A program made the position numbers and the translations under genes. Shown piece by piece: positions 1-9,578 of a DNA stretch of 64,000 nucleotides (position 1 is its first letter; each line of letters begins with the position of its first letter). The notes under the pieces are model-generated. The model was not told where the DNA came from, ran no database searches, and saw only the letters and a program-made list of their open reading frames with translations. The DNA comes from an uncultured Trueperaceae bacterium (GTDB taxonomy: Bacteria; Deinococcota; Deinococci; Deinococcales; Trueperaceae): positions 64,001 to 128,000 of the forward strand of contig CAWFFU010000004.1 in the NCBI GenBank assembly GCA_963815215.1, written 5' to 3'.

Positions 1-22
1 GTGACCCTGCGATAGGCGGCCG

Positions 23-1312
23 TCAGCCGTCGCTGAGCTCCTCCAGGACGACCCGCCGCGCTTCCCGTCGTGAGCGCTCGGCCGCGAACGCCATGACATG
101 GCTCTCGATGGAGGCCGCCAGATCGCTCGGAACCTCGCCGGCCGGCCGGCCCGCTCTCCGTTGCTCCAGCCGTTGCAGGAAGTCCACGACGAGGGCGTCG
201 TCCCCGCCGGCGTGGCGCGCGCCGGCGCCGCCGACGGTGATGCGCTCGCTCCGGTCGTGGGCGAAGTCGTGCAGCTCGAGCCAGCCCTGGTCGAGGTCGC
301 CTCGGATCTCCCCGTGCGTGCCCATGACGTGGATGTGCCGCGTGATGTCGGCGCTGAAGGCCTGGACGGTGAGGGACACCGCGACCCCGTTGGCGAACGC
401 GAGCTGCACGAGCTGGTGGTCCGCAACGTCGTTGTCGCAATGGTAGACGCAGCGGCCGTAAGGCCCGCTGCGTAGCGCCTCGACCAGGTCGGCCTCGTCG
501 CCCTGGGGCGCCACCACGCTGTTGGGCCATTCGCGGGAGCCGGCGAAGCGCTCGAGGTAGATGCGGATCGCCGAGTACGGGCAGCTGCGCTCGACGGCGC
601 AGCCGTCCATGCAGCGGTCGCTGGACCCGGCGGGAGCGTTCTCTGCGCGGAAGTGGGCCAGGTCGCCGATCGACGTCAGCGCCTCACAGCGCTCGTCCAC
701 CAGCCACCGCAGGATGTCGAGGTCGTGGCACGCCTTGGCGAGAAGCATCGGGCTGCTGTCGGCTTCGCGGCGCCAGTTGCCCCGGACGTAGCTGTGGGCG
801 AAGTGGTAGTAGCCGATGTTCTCGGTGTGCTGGATGGCCACGGTGCGGCCGATCCGGCCCCGGCTCAGCAGCTCCTTGAGGGTCCGGAAGAACGGTGTGT
901 AGCGCAGCACGTGCGCGACCGTGACCGTGCCGGCGCCGGGGCGGGCGGCGGCGTTCTGGATGGCGCGAACGCCCGCGAGATCGGGGGCGATGGGCTTCTC
1001 CAGCAGGACGTGCAGGCCTCGCTCGAGCGCCCTCACCGTTGGGGTGACGTGGGCGCGATCGGGCGTGGCCACGATCACCGCGTCGAGGGTGTCGACCTCG
1101 CGAAGCAGCGTCTCGGCGTCGCGGAACAGCGCGTCGGGCCCGACCCCGAGGCGCGCACCCACCTCGGACAGGCGAGCCTCCCGGGGGTCGGCGATGGCGG
1201 CGATGTGCGCTCCCGTCCCCCGTCGTGCGATGAGTTCACCGTAGACGTCGGCGCCGCGGTTGCCGGCGCCCAGGATGGCGATCTTCAGGGGTGAGTCGGA
1301 GGGGGTGGGCAT
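23..1312 (-). CDS. Gfo/Idh/MocA family oxidoreductase
   Basis: N-terminal GAGNRG Rossmann motif, LEKP, KACHDLD and HAGGD motifs; last visible gene of the sugar ABC operon. Confidence 0.9.
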   Translation of the reverse strand: MPTPSDSPLKIAILGAGNRGADVYGELIARRGTGAHIAAIADPREARLSEVGARLGVGPDALFRDAETLLREVDTLDAVIVATPDRAHVTPTVRALERGLHVLLEKPIAPDLAGVRAIQNAAARPGAGTVTVAHVLRYTPFFRTLKELLSRGRIGRTVAIQHTENIGYYHFAHSYVRGNWRREADSSPMLLAKACHDLDILRWLVDERCEALTSIGDLAHFRAENAPAGSSDRCMDGCAVERSCPYSAIRIYLERFAGSREWPNSVVAPQGDEADLVEALRSGPYGRCVYHCDNDVADHQLVQLAFANGVAVSLTVQAFSADITRHIHVMGTHGEIRGDLDQGWLELHDFAHDRSERITVGGAGARHAGGDDALVVDFLQRLEQRRAGRPAGEVPSDLAASIESHVMAFAAERSRREARRVVLEELSDG

Positions 1313-1339
1313 GGGCTCTCCTGGCTGGTAGACGGGCGA

Positions 1340-2182
1340 TCAGCCCTTCAGGGCGCCCGCGGTGATGCCGCGGACGAACACGCCCTGGACGGAGCTGAAC
1401 AGCAGGGCGACGGGAACGGTGGCGAGGATCCCCCCCGCCATAAGCAAGTTCCAGTAGACGATATTCTGGCCCACGAAGCGCGACATCGCGAGCGGGATGG
1501 GGTAGAGCTGGTCGTTGTTCAGGAACACGAGCGGGAAGATGAGGGCGTTCCAGGCGAAGATGAAGGTGTAGATGCCGGCCATGGCGATCCCCGGCGCCGC
1601 CAGCGGCAGCACCACGTGTCGCAGGCTGCTGAGCCGCGAGCAACCGTCGATCATGGCCGCCTCCTCGAGGTCGGGAGGGATGCTCTCGAGGTAGCCGTGC
1701 AGGAGCCACAGCGCGATGGGGATGGCGAGCGCGCTCTCCGCCAGGATGACGGCGAGGTAGGTGTTGAGCAAGTGGTAGCCCCGCATCATCTGGTACAGCG
1801 ACACGATCATGACGACGGGCGAGAACATCTGCGTGGCGAGCGCGGTGAACAGGAGCGCCTGCCTGCCGCGGAAGCGGAACCGGGAGAGGCCGTAGGCCGC
1901 CAGGAAGCCCAGGACGATGGCGATGCCCGATGTGGCCACGGCGATGATGGCGCTGTTCAGGTAGGCCCGTCCGAACTGGTAGCCCCCGGTCAGGACCTCG
2001 ACGTAGTTGTGGAACGACCAATGTTGCGGCCACCAGCTCGGCGGCCAGCTGAAGAGGTCGTTGAACGACGTGACCGAGGTCTTCAGCATGACGTAGACCG
2101 GGAACAGCATCACGACCAACAGCACGATCAGAGCCAGGTGCTTGCCCAGAAGTGCGAGGCGGGCGGTGCGCACGCGGGTCAC
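1340..2182 (-). CDS. carbohydrate ABC transporter permease (MalG-like)
   Basis: EAA motif (LEEAAMIDGCS), TM helices, C-terminal GITAGALKG; GTG start overlaps the upstream stop (GTGA). Confidence 0.9.
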   Translation of the reverse strand: MTRVRTARLALLGKHLALIVLLVVMLFPVYVMLKTSVTSFNDLFSWPPSWWPQHWSFHNYVEVLTGGYQFGRAYLNSAIIAVATSGIAIVLGFLAAYGLSRFRFRGRQALLFTALATQMFSPVVMIVSLYQMMRGYHLLNTYLAVILAESALAIPIALWLLHGYLESIPPDLEEAAMIDGCSRLSSLRHVVLPLAAPGIAMAGIYTFIFAWNALIFPLVFLNNDQLYPIPLAMSRFVGQNIVYWNLLMAGGILATVPVALLFSSVQGVFVRGITAGALKG

Positions 2183-3123
2183 GCTCCCCTCTGGAGGAGG
2201 CGCCAGTACCCGAAGGACAGCACCGTCAGCAGCGCGAAGACGAAGGTCGCGAGGGCCGCGGCCTGGCCGAAATCGAACGAACCGAAGGCGGTCGTGAAGG
2301 TGCGCACCACCAGGGTGGTGGTGGCCCCTGCGGGGCCACCGCGTGTGAGGGGCCAGATCACCTGGAAGGAATTGAAGGTCCACACGCTGGAGAGCAGCGT
2401 CGCCACCAGCAGGATGGGGCGGATCATCGGTAGCGTGATGTGCCTGAACACCTGGTGGGCTGCCGCGCCGTCGATGTGGGCGGCCTCGTAGACCTCGTTG
2501 GGGACGGACTGCAGCCCCGCCATCAGGACCATCGCCATGAACGGGATGCCCACCCACATGTCCACCACTGCGGTGGCCACGAAGGCGGTGCCCTGCTGGC
2601 CGAGCCAGGAGATCGGTTCACCGATCACACCGAGCGCCGACAGCAGGCCGTTGAGCTGTCCGAACTGACCGTCGAGGACCCAGCGCCAGGCGATCGCTGC
2701 GATCACGACCGGCGTCACCCACGGCACCATCAGCAGGGTCAGGTAGATGCGCCGCCCGCGGAAGGGATGTTGCAGGAGCATGGCGGCGGCGAATCCGATG
2801 AGCGTCTTGCCGCTGACGGACAGGAGCGTCCACAGCGCCGTGATGCGCAGTGACCTGAGCACGTCGGTGTTGCTCAGGAGGGCAGCGTAGTTGCCGAGCC
2901 CGATGAAGGTGCGTCCGAGATCGGGTCGGATGAGGATGTCGCGATAGAGCGACTCGACCATGACCTTGACGATCGGGTAGGCGAGGAACAGGGCGAGGAA
3001 TAGAAGCGTGGGGATGAGATAGGGCAGGGGCGAGGCGTCCGGGCTCAGCGTTCGCCTCAGCAGCGAGGCTACGGGTGAGCTGCGCGCGCGGGGGCGGTCG
3101 TGACGGGATCTCGGCGTGGACAT
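2179..3123 (-). CDS. carbohydrate ABC transporter permease (MalF-like)
   Basis: FIGLGNY, EAA motif YEAAHIDGA, TRGGPAGATTT. Confidence 0.9.
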   Translation of the reverse strand: MSTPRSRHDRPRARSSPVASLLRRTLSPDASPLPYLIPTLLFLALFLAYPIVKVMVESLYRDILIRPDLGRTFIGLGNYAALLSNTDVLRSLRITALWTLLSVSGKTLIGFAAAMLLQHPFRGRRIYLTLLMVPWVTPVVIAAIAWRWVLDGQFGQLNGLLSALGVIGEPISWLGQQGTAFVATAVVDMWVGIPFMAMVLMAGLQSVPNEVYEAAHIDGAAAHQVFRHITLPMIRPILLVATLLSSVWTFNSFQVIWPLTRGGPAGATTTLVVRTFTTAFGSFDFGQAAALATFVFALLTVLSFGYWRLLQRGA

Positions 3124-3130
3124 GAGGGGG

Positions 3131-3161
3131 GGAAGGGGCAGCCTTCAAGGCCGCCCCTTCC
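3131..3161 (-). other. intergenic stem-loop after the SBP gene (probable mRNA-stabilising or partial-termination hairpin)
   Basis: GGAAGGGGC...GCCCCTTCC inverted repeat between SBP stop and permease start. Confidence 0.55.
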
Positions 3162-3169
3162 TCGGGACC

Positions 3170-4432
3170 CTACTGGCCCGACGCCGCCGCCGGCTCGAGC
3201 TTCTTGTCCTGGATGGCCTTGGTGGCGGCCTGGAGCGCCTGCTCCGGCGTCTGCTTGCCGAGCAGGACGTTCTGGATCATGTCGCTGATGATGGTCTGGA
3301 ACGGTTCCCAGGCCAGCGGCTGGGGTTGCGGGAAGCCCTGGGAGATCATCTCCAGGAAGGGCTTCCAGAACGCGCCCTGGAAGGCCGCGTTGGACTGTTC
3401 GCCCTGGACCATGGGGACGAGCCCGCCGTTCAGGTCGAAGGTGGTGTGGGCCTCGAGCGACGTCCAGTAGTCGACGAACGCGTAGGCCTCCTTGGGGTGC
3501 GGCGTGTTCTTGGCGATGACGATCGAGTCGCCCACCTGGATGCCCCCACAGCGGACGTCGCACGGCAGGGTCGCGGTCGCGTACGGGGCGCTGGGGTTGT
3601 TCGGATCGAGCCCCATGATGCCCTTGCCCCACGGTCCGGTGATCATCATGGCGATCTTGCCCTGCTTGAAGAGTACCGGGAGCTGCTCGCGGTTGTACTC
3701 CACCGGGTTCGGCGCCACGTGATCGGTCTTGTACAGGTCGGTGTAGAACGTCAAGGCCTTGACGCCGGCGGGCGTATCGAGGCTGACGTTGCCCTGGTCG
3801 TCGAACACCGAGCCGCCGGCCTGGTACAGGAAGTTGAAGAACTGGCTGGTGGTGGACACGTGGGCGGCGCCGGAGATGCCGATGCCGTACATCCCGGGGT
3901 GCTCCTGGGTGATCTTCTTGGCGTCGGCGAGCAGCTCATCCCAGGTCTTCGGAGGCTGCGGGATCAGGTCGGTCCGGTAGAACAGCGCCTTGGTCGAGAA
4001 CGCGACCGGGAGCCCCATCAGCTTGCCCTTGAATTCGTTGCCCTTCAGCACGCCGGAGGGGAACGACGCGCGCTTGGCCTGGTCGACGTAGCTGTCGAGC
4101 GGCAGCAGGCCGCCGAGCTGCGAGAACGGGGCGATCCAGCGACCGCCGATGTAGATGACGTCGGGTGCGTTGCCCGCCAGGAGATCGGTGGCGATCTTCT
4201 GGTACGCGGAGTCCCAGCCGACGCTCTGGAACACGACCTTGATGTCGGGGTGGGTCTGCTCGAAGCCTGCGACGAGCGTCTTGACGGTCTGTTGGGCCTG
4301 GGGCTGGTCGCCGCCCGGGTAGAGCACGTGGATGGTGACCTGCTGCGCGCTGGCGAGGGTCAGGAATGCGGCCAGCGCGATCATCAGGACAAGGGTGAAG
4401 GGTCTAAGGCTTCGGGAAGAGATTCGCGTCAT
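3170..4432 (-). CDS. sugar ABC transporter substrate-binding protein
   Basis: signal peptide ending ASA-QQ, PDVIY, LFYRTDL, PKTWDEL, AMMITGPW; SD GGAGG upstream. Confidence 0.9.
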   Translation of the reverse strand: MTRISSRSLRPFTLVLMIALAAFLTLASAQQVTIHVLYPGGDQPQAQQTVKTLVAGFEQTHPDIKVVFQSVGWDSAYQKIATDLLAGNAPDVIYIGGRWIAPFSQLGGLLPLDSYVDQAKRASFPSGVLKGNEFKGKLMGLPVAFSTKALFYRTDLIPQPPKTWDELLADAKKITQEHPGMYGIGISGAAHVSTTSQFFNFLYQAGGSVFDDQGNVSLDTPAGVKALTFYTDLYKTDHVAPNPVEYNREQLPVLFKQGKIAMMITGPWGKGIMGLDPNNPSAPYATATLPCDVRCGGIQVGDSIVIAKNTPHPKEAYAFVDYWTSLEAHTTFDLNGGLVPMVQGEQSNAAFQGAFWKPFLEMISQGFPQPQPLAWEPFQTIISDMIQNVLLGKQTPEQALQAATKAIQDKKLEPAAASGQ

Positions 4433-4468
4433 CGTTACCTCCAGGTATGGGAACGGGGTTTGACGGGC

Positions 4469-5641
4469 TCAGGACGTTCGGTCGACCTCCCACCTCCTCT
4501 GTTCGAAGTACGCCTGCGTAGCGAGGCTGGCGGCTCCTCGAGCCCACATGTCGCGGCTCTCGCGCTGGACCACCAGTTCGGGCAGCCTCGGGAGGCTGGG
4601 GAAGACGTGACGTTCCAGGCTGTCCGCGATCGCGGCCCGCAAGGGCTCTCCGATGGCGACGCCCGAGCCCGTCAGGATGAGGATCTCGGGGTTGATGAGG
4701 TTCACCAGGTGGGAGAGCGCCAGGCCGATGGCGTCGCCGATGTCGGCGAGGAGGCCGACGGCCCGGGGGTCCCCTTCGTCGGCCAGCAGCCCCAGATCGT
4801 CGAGGCGCTTCACGTGCAAGCCCGCCTCGGTGGCCCGGGCCAGCGTGGCCGGAACGGAGGCCACCGCTTCCAGGCACCCATGCTTCCCGCACGCACAGAG
4901 AGGGCCGTCCTCGCGAACCGTGCAGTGGCCCACCTCGCCGGCGACGCCGAAGCGTCCGCGATAGAGCCGGCCGCCGACCACCAGGCCGGCGCCGATGCCC
5001 TTGCCGAAGCTCACCACCGCGAAGTCCTCGAGGCCGCGCGCCCTCCCGAACATCTGCTCGCCGATCGCGAGGGTGTTGGCGTCGTTCTCCACGGCGACGG
5101 GCAGACCCAGTGCCTGCTCGAGCATGGGCCCGATCGGGACGTCGGCCCAGTCGAGCACCACCGAACGGATGCAGCAGCCGCTCTCGTTGTCGACCAGCCC
5201 CGAGAGGCCGAGGCCCACACCCGCGATCGAGCGTTCCGGTACCTTCGCCGCCTCGGCGAGCTCGCTCAGCAGCCCGCCGGTCGAGGCCACTACGCGCTCG
5301 GGCTGGCGTGTCGACAGTCGGCGCGTACGTCGTGCCAGTACGCGTCCGTCGAGATCGGTGAGCACGGCGCTGAGCTCGCCGTCGTCGAGCTTGGCGCCGG
5401 CGATGGCCGCGAGGCCCGGCTCGAGCCGCAGCAGGATCGGCGGCCGCCCCAGGCGGTCGGTCTTGCCGGCGCTGGGGCTGGCCTGCTCGACCACGATGCC
5501 GACGTCGACGAGATGCTTGGTGAGCATGGTCACGGCCGACGGGCTCAAGCCGGTGCGACGCGCGATCGCGGACCGGTTGATCGGTCCCTGTTCACGGATG
5601 ACGCGGATCACCGCGGCGGCGCTGTCTTCGTTCCGGTCCAT
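4469..5641 (-). CDS. ROK family transcriptional repressor
   Basis: N-terminal HTH (INRSAIARRTGLSPSAV), ENDAN, GEVGH, CACGKHGCLE Zn motif. Confidence 0.92.
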   Translation of the reverse strand: MDRNEDSAAAVIRVIREQGPINRSAIARRTGLSPSAVTMLTKHLVDVGIVVEQASPSAGKTDRLGRPPILLRLEPGLAAIAGAKLDDGELSAVLTDLDGRVLARRTRRLSTRQPERVVASTGGLLSELAEAAKVPERSIAGVGLGLSGLVDNESGCCIRSVVLDWADVPIGPMLEQALGLPVAVENDANTLAIGEQMFGRARGLEDFAVVSFGKGIGAGLVVGGRLYRGRFGVAGEVGHCTVREDGPLCACGKHGCLEAVASVPATLARATEAGLHVKRLDDLGLLADEGDPRAVGLLADIGDAIGLALSHLVNLINPEILILTGSGVAIGEPLRAAIADSLERHVFPSLPRLPELVVQRESRDMWARGAASLATQAYFEQRRWEVDRTS

Positions 5642-5680
5642 TTATTTCTTTCACAGAATTAAATTTGTCAATGATTCTAG
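5640..5680 (-). promoter_or_regulatory. AT-rich promoter and probable ROK operator
   Basis: ATTTATTTC-N7-GAATTAAAT imperfect palindrome (5640-5664) abutting the ROK start codon; TAGAAT and TTGACA hexamers on the minus strand; conspicuous AT island. Confidence 0.7.
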
Positions 5681-5916
5681 GGCATCGCGCCGCAGAACGC
5701 AAGCCCCACCGGCGGGGCGTCGCCGGACGCCCGGCCACAGGCGGCGTGCCGGGTGTCGACGGTCGCGCACGCCGCAGCGCTGTGCGTCCCATGGCACGGG
5801 GTCCGGCCGCGCGGTGCGATAGGGTCCATGGGACCGGCTCAGCAGGGTCGTGACTGCCCGCGCCTGCGGCGGGACGCCGCCGGGCGCGACCGGTCCGCCC
5901 CGAGGGAGGGACCTCC

Positions 5917-6750
5917 ATGAACGCTTCCATCACGTCGCTCGCCGCCGTCGCCGCTCGCTTGGGCGTCGATCTGGTCGCCGCCGTCGTCATCCTGATCGTC
6001 GGATGGATCCTGGCCGGCTGGGCCGGCGCGGTCGTCCGCCGGGCCGCTTCGGGCAGCGGCAGGCTGGACGGCACCGTCGCCACCGTGCTCGGCAGGGTGG
6101 CGCGCTGGACCGTCCTGGCCTTCACCGTGATCGCGGTGCTGGGCCGCTTCGGGGTGCAGACCACCAGCCTGGTCGCCCTGCTCGGGGCCGCCGGACTAGC
6201 CATCGGCCTGGCGTTGCAGGGGGCCCTCTCCAACATCGCGGCGGGCGTCCTGTTGCTGGCGCTCAAGCCCTTCCGGGTCGGGGACGCGGTCGACATCTCC
6301 GGGACGGCGGGCGTCGTCGACGACATGGGTCTGTTCGTCACGCGTCTCACCAGCTTCGACGGCGTGCCCCTGTTCGTCCCCAACAGCAACGTGTGGGGCA
6401 AGCAGGTCAGCAATTACTCGCAGGCGGGCCGGCGCCGCAACGATCTCGTCGTGGGCATCGGCTACGGCGATGATGTGGCCCGGGCCATGGCCGTCCTGCA
6501 GGAACTCGTTGCCGACGAGCCGCGCGCGCTCCAGGACCCGGCGCCGCTGGTCGCCGTCGAGTCGCTCGGGGAGAGCTCGGTCAACCTGCTGCTGCGGTAC
6601 TGGACGGCCGCCGGCGATCTGTTCGCCACCAGGTTCGACCTGACGCGGGCCGTGAAGGAACGCTTCGACGCCGAGGGCATCTCGATCCCTTACCCGCAGC
6701 GCGACCTCCACGTGGTGGAGGGGGGCGTCGCGCTGGCCCCCGGCGCCTAG
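5917..6750 (+). CDS. mscS: small-conductance mechanosensitive channel
   Basis: GAAGLAIGLALQGALSNIAAG, PFRVGD, VPNS, ISIPYPQRDLH. Confidence 0.92.
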   Translation: MNASITSLAAVAARLGVDLVAAVVILIVGWILAGWAGAVVRRAASGSGRLDGTVATVLGRVARWTVLAFTVIAVLGRFGVQTTSLVALLGAAGLAIGLALQGALSNIAAGVLLLALKPFRVGDAVDISGTAGVVDDMGLFVTRLTSFDGVPLFVPNSNVWGKQVSNYSQAGRRRNDLVVGIGYGDDVARAMAVLQELVADEPRALQDPAPLVAVESLGESSVNLLLRYWTAAGDLFATRFDLTRAVKERFDAEGISIPYPQRDLHVVEGGVALAPGA

Positions 6751-6756
6751 GCAGGT

Positions 6757-7980
6757 TCAGGTGGGGACACCGCCCGGTCGCCGCAGCGTCGGAAGGTAGA
6801 CCAGCAGCGCGGCGGTGCAGAGCGTTGCGGTGAGCGCGAGAGCGGCGGCATAGGCCCCGGCCGAGGTACTGCCTCCGGCGGGGGCGAGCGCGTTCACCAC
6901 GTTGCCGATGCCCCACTGCAGGACGAAGCCGCCCAGGAACATGAAGAGGTTGATGGCGGTCACCGCCCTGCCGGTGAGCCTGGCCGGGAACAGCACGTTC
7001 GCCTGAGCGTAGAGCAGCAGCGCGAACGACCCGCTGCCCGCCAGAAGGAACAGCAGTGCGCCCAGCGCCGCGGGCGCCGCCACTGTGCCCGCGATCAGGG
7101 CGAGCGCGGCCTGCACCAGCACCATCAGTAGCGTTGCGGCCGCCACGACCCGGGCCGGCCCGAAGCGCTGAGCCAGCCAGCCCGAGACGAAGAACCCGAG
7201 CACCAGGCCGATCCCGAGCCAGAGCAGCACGTTGCCCGCCACCGCGGCGCTCAAGCCGGCGGCCTCGGTCAGGTACGGGCCCGCCCACAGGCTCTGGTAG
7301 GCGAAGGTCGTGCCCATCACGGCGAAGCCCAGGAACGCCAGCCGCCAGAACGCCGCACTCCCGAAGATGTCGCCGAAGCCGCCCGGGGACGCCTGCGGGT
7401 GAGGATCCGTCGGCGGTGTGCGGACGACGGAAGCGATGGCGACGGCGCTGAGCAGCAGCACCACGGCCCCGCCGGCGAAGACGGCGCGCCAGCCCACGGC
7501 GCGGTTCAGCAGCGCCAGCGGCGCGGTCGCCACCAGCGCGCCCGACGAGCCGGTGGCCGTGAGCATGCCCGCGACCGCGGCGAACCTGCGAGGCGGATGG
7601 ATCTGCGAGAGCGCTTTGAGGCCGCCCATCAGGATGCCGGCCGTGCCGAGGCCGAGCAGCGCCCGGCCCACGCCCAGCCAGGCCACGTTCGGCGCCGCGG
7701 CGAACACCAGCGCGCCCACCACACCGACCAGCATCAGGACGCTGGTGGTGATCCGTGCGCCGTAGCGGTCGAGGGCGCTGCCGAAGGGGAGTTGGGCGAG
7801 GGCGAAGAAGCCGAAGAACAGACTGCTCATGAGGCCGAGCTGCGCCGGCGAGAGACCCATGCTCGCGGTCAGGTCGTCGGCGATGACGGCGTTGGCCGAC
7901 CGGAAGAAGTAGGACAGGAAGTGGGCGGCCGCGAATACGGCGAAGACGAGCCAGGCACGGGCCACGGTGCCGGCGAGCAT
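6757..7980 (-). CDS. MFS transporter
   Basis: about 12 hydrophobic segments, motif A GSALDRYGAR; start approximate. Confidence 0.85.
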   Translation of the reverse strand: MLAGTVARAWLVFAVFAAAHFLSYFFRSANAVIADDLTASMGLSPAQLGLMSSLFFGFFALAQLPFGSALDRYGARITTSVLMLVGVVGALVFAAAPNVAWLGVGRALLGLGTAGILMGGLKALSQIHPPRRFAAVAGMLTATGSSGALVATAPLALLNRAVGWRAVFAGGAVVLLLSAVAIASVVRTPPTDPHPQASPGGFGDIFGSAAFWRLAFLGFAVMGTTFAYQSLWAGPYLTEAAGLSAAVAGNVLLWLGIGLVLGFFVSGWLAQRFGPARVVAAATLLMVLVQAALALIAGTVAAPAALGALLFLLAGSGSFALLLYAQANVLFPARLTGRAVTAINLFMFLGGFVLQWGIGNVVNALAPAGGSTSAGAYAAALALTATLCTAALLVYLPTLRRPGGVPT

Positions 7981-8003
7981 ACCAGGGCGCCCCGAGGGGG
8001 GCG

Positions 8004-8357
8004 TCAGCCGATCTCGCGCATGTCCTCGAGAACCTGCCAGCCCACGCCCTCGGGCGTGCCCTCGAGCCGCTGCTGCAGGGTCTCCGCCACCCACGGCACC
8101 AGGCCCGAGACGTCCTCCTCGTCGTCGCCTCGGAAGGTCAGCACGGTGAGCTGGTAGAACTGCTGCGTCGCGCTCAGCGTGCCGTCGTCGAAGAAGCTGA
8201 AGGGTGCGGCCGGGATGGGGTCGAGCAGGACATGCACGTCCCGGCCGAGCGTGGACGGCAGGTAGGTGGCGAAGTCCACCTCGAGCTCGCGAGGGTGCCA
8301 CACGTAGCCCTGCAGCAGGCGTACCCCCTGTCGCTCGTCCTGGGGCTCCGTGCTCAC
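8004..8357 (-). CDS. DUF3208-like protein (Deinococcota)
   Basis: VRLLQGYVWHP...PFSFFDDGT...QQFYQLT...TPEGVGWQ; GTG start overlaps the upstream stop. Confidence 0.75.
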   Translation of the reverse strand: MSTEPQDERQGVRLLQGYVWHPRELEVDFATYLPSTLGRDVHVLLDPIPAAPFSFFDDGTLSATQQFYQLTVLTFRGDDEEDVSGLVPWVAETLQQRLEGTPEGVGWQVLEDMREIG

Positions 8358-8971
8358 GCGAAGTCGGGCGGGAGGGGGAGGTCGGGCAGCGCCCGTCTCC
8401 AACGCCCCGCGAAGCCGGCGAGGTCGTCGACGAGCAGGCCGGTGAAGCCCAGCTCCCGGCAAGCGGCGATGTTGCGCGCGTTGTCGTCGATGAACACGGT
8501 CTCTTCGGCGGAGTGGCCGAGGGCCTCACTGAGGGCCTCGAAGGCCGCGCGGTGTGGCTTGCGGACACCGATCTCGTTGGAGAACACCCAGCGCTCGACG
8601 CGCTGCATGCGGGGGTCGTCGCGGACCACGTCGCACAACTCCGGAACGTTGTTGGACAGCACCCCGACGGTGTACGTCGGCGGCAGCGAGGCGAGCAGCG
8701 TCAGCATCGGTGCGCGCCAGCGAACGGCCCCCAGGAACGTGCGCCGGAAGGTGGCCTCGTCGGTATGGAGCCCGGTGGCCGCCGCCAGGCGGCGCTGGAA
8801 CTCGGGCAGGTCGAACGCGCCGTCCTCGAACGGCCCCATCGTCGCCAGGTAGGGTTCCTCCAGGCGCGACTGTGCAACGCCGTGGAGCGACGCCAGCGCG
8901 CTCACGGCGCTGCTGTCGAAGGTGCCCTCGGTGAAGACGCCGCCCCAGTCGAAGGCGATGGCGCGGATCAC
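8354..8971 (-). CDS. HAD family phosphatase
   Basis: IAFDWGGV motif I, LSNN, GVRKP, FIDDN motif IV; GTGA overlap. Confidence 0.88.
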   Translation of the reverse strand: MIRAIAFDWGGVFTEGTFDSSAVSALASLHGVAQSRLEEPYLATMGPFEDGAFDLPEFQRRLAAATGLHTDEATFRRTFLGAVRWRAPMLTLLASLPPTYTVGVLSNNVPELCDVVRDDPRMQRVERWVFSNEIGVRKPHRAAFEALSEALGHSAEETVFIDDNARNIAACRELGFTGLLVDDLAGFAGRWRRALPDLPLPPDFA

Positions 8972-9333
8972 GAGCGCACGCCCGACCATGGCGCCGCCGC
9001 GGCGGCGCTGCTCAGCTCGCGGTGCACCAGCGCCACGCCCTCCGGCACCAGCACGATCGCGGTGAAGGCGACGAAGACGGCCAGGCCGACCAGCGTCGCG
9101 CGGTGGAAGAACACCGAGTAGACGTCCTCGCTGCGGCGCACGCGGCGGTACAGCAGGCCCGCCAGCAGCAGTTGCGTGACGACGAGTACGGCCAGGGCCG
9201 CAAGGGTGCCTAGCGTCCCGAGCCACGGCAGCGGGTACTCGACCAGCGCGGACACGAGATAGGTGACGATCAGCAGGCCGGCGGCGGTGGCCGCGAGCGC
9301 TGCGGTGGGGGGGCGGGGGATGGCGTCTGCCAT
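8968..9333 (-). CDS. hypothetical membrane protein (3 TM)
   Basis: three hydrophobic stretches; stop overlaps the HAD start. Confidence 0.65.
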   Translation of the reverse strand: MADAIPRPPTAALAATAAGLLIVTYLVSALVEYPLPWLGTLGTLAALAVLVVTQLLLAGLLYRRVRRSEDVYSVFFHRATLVGLAVFVAFTAIVLVPEGVALVHRELSSAAAAAPWSGVRS

Positions 9334-9519
9334 AGTGCCTTCATCGAGGCCCGACGCGCCGCGGGAGGCCGTTCGTGCTGCCTGCTCCCGGCGGGGCCGT
9401 GGTGTGCCGTGCGGCGCGGGCGGCCCGCGCCCTGAGGGGGCGACCGCTGCACACGCCGCACGCATGATACAGGGGAGCCGACGGCTCGTGGGCTCGGCGA
9501 CGGACGCTCGCGTCACGGC

Positions 9520-9561
9520 CCGGGGTCACGATTCCGGGGTCACGATTCCGGGGTCGCGGTT
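9520..9561. repeat. 14-bp tandem repeat x3 (CCGGGGTCACGATT)
   Basis: units 9520-9533 and 9534-9547 exact, 9548-9561 degenerate. Confidence 0.85.
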
Positions 9562-9578
9562 CCAGGGCGCCGGCGGCG

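Noticed and set aside
3116..5662. 848-aa plus-strand ORF
   Set aside because: Antisense shadow of the SBP and ROK genes
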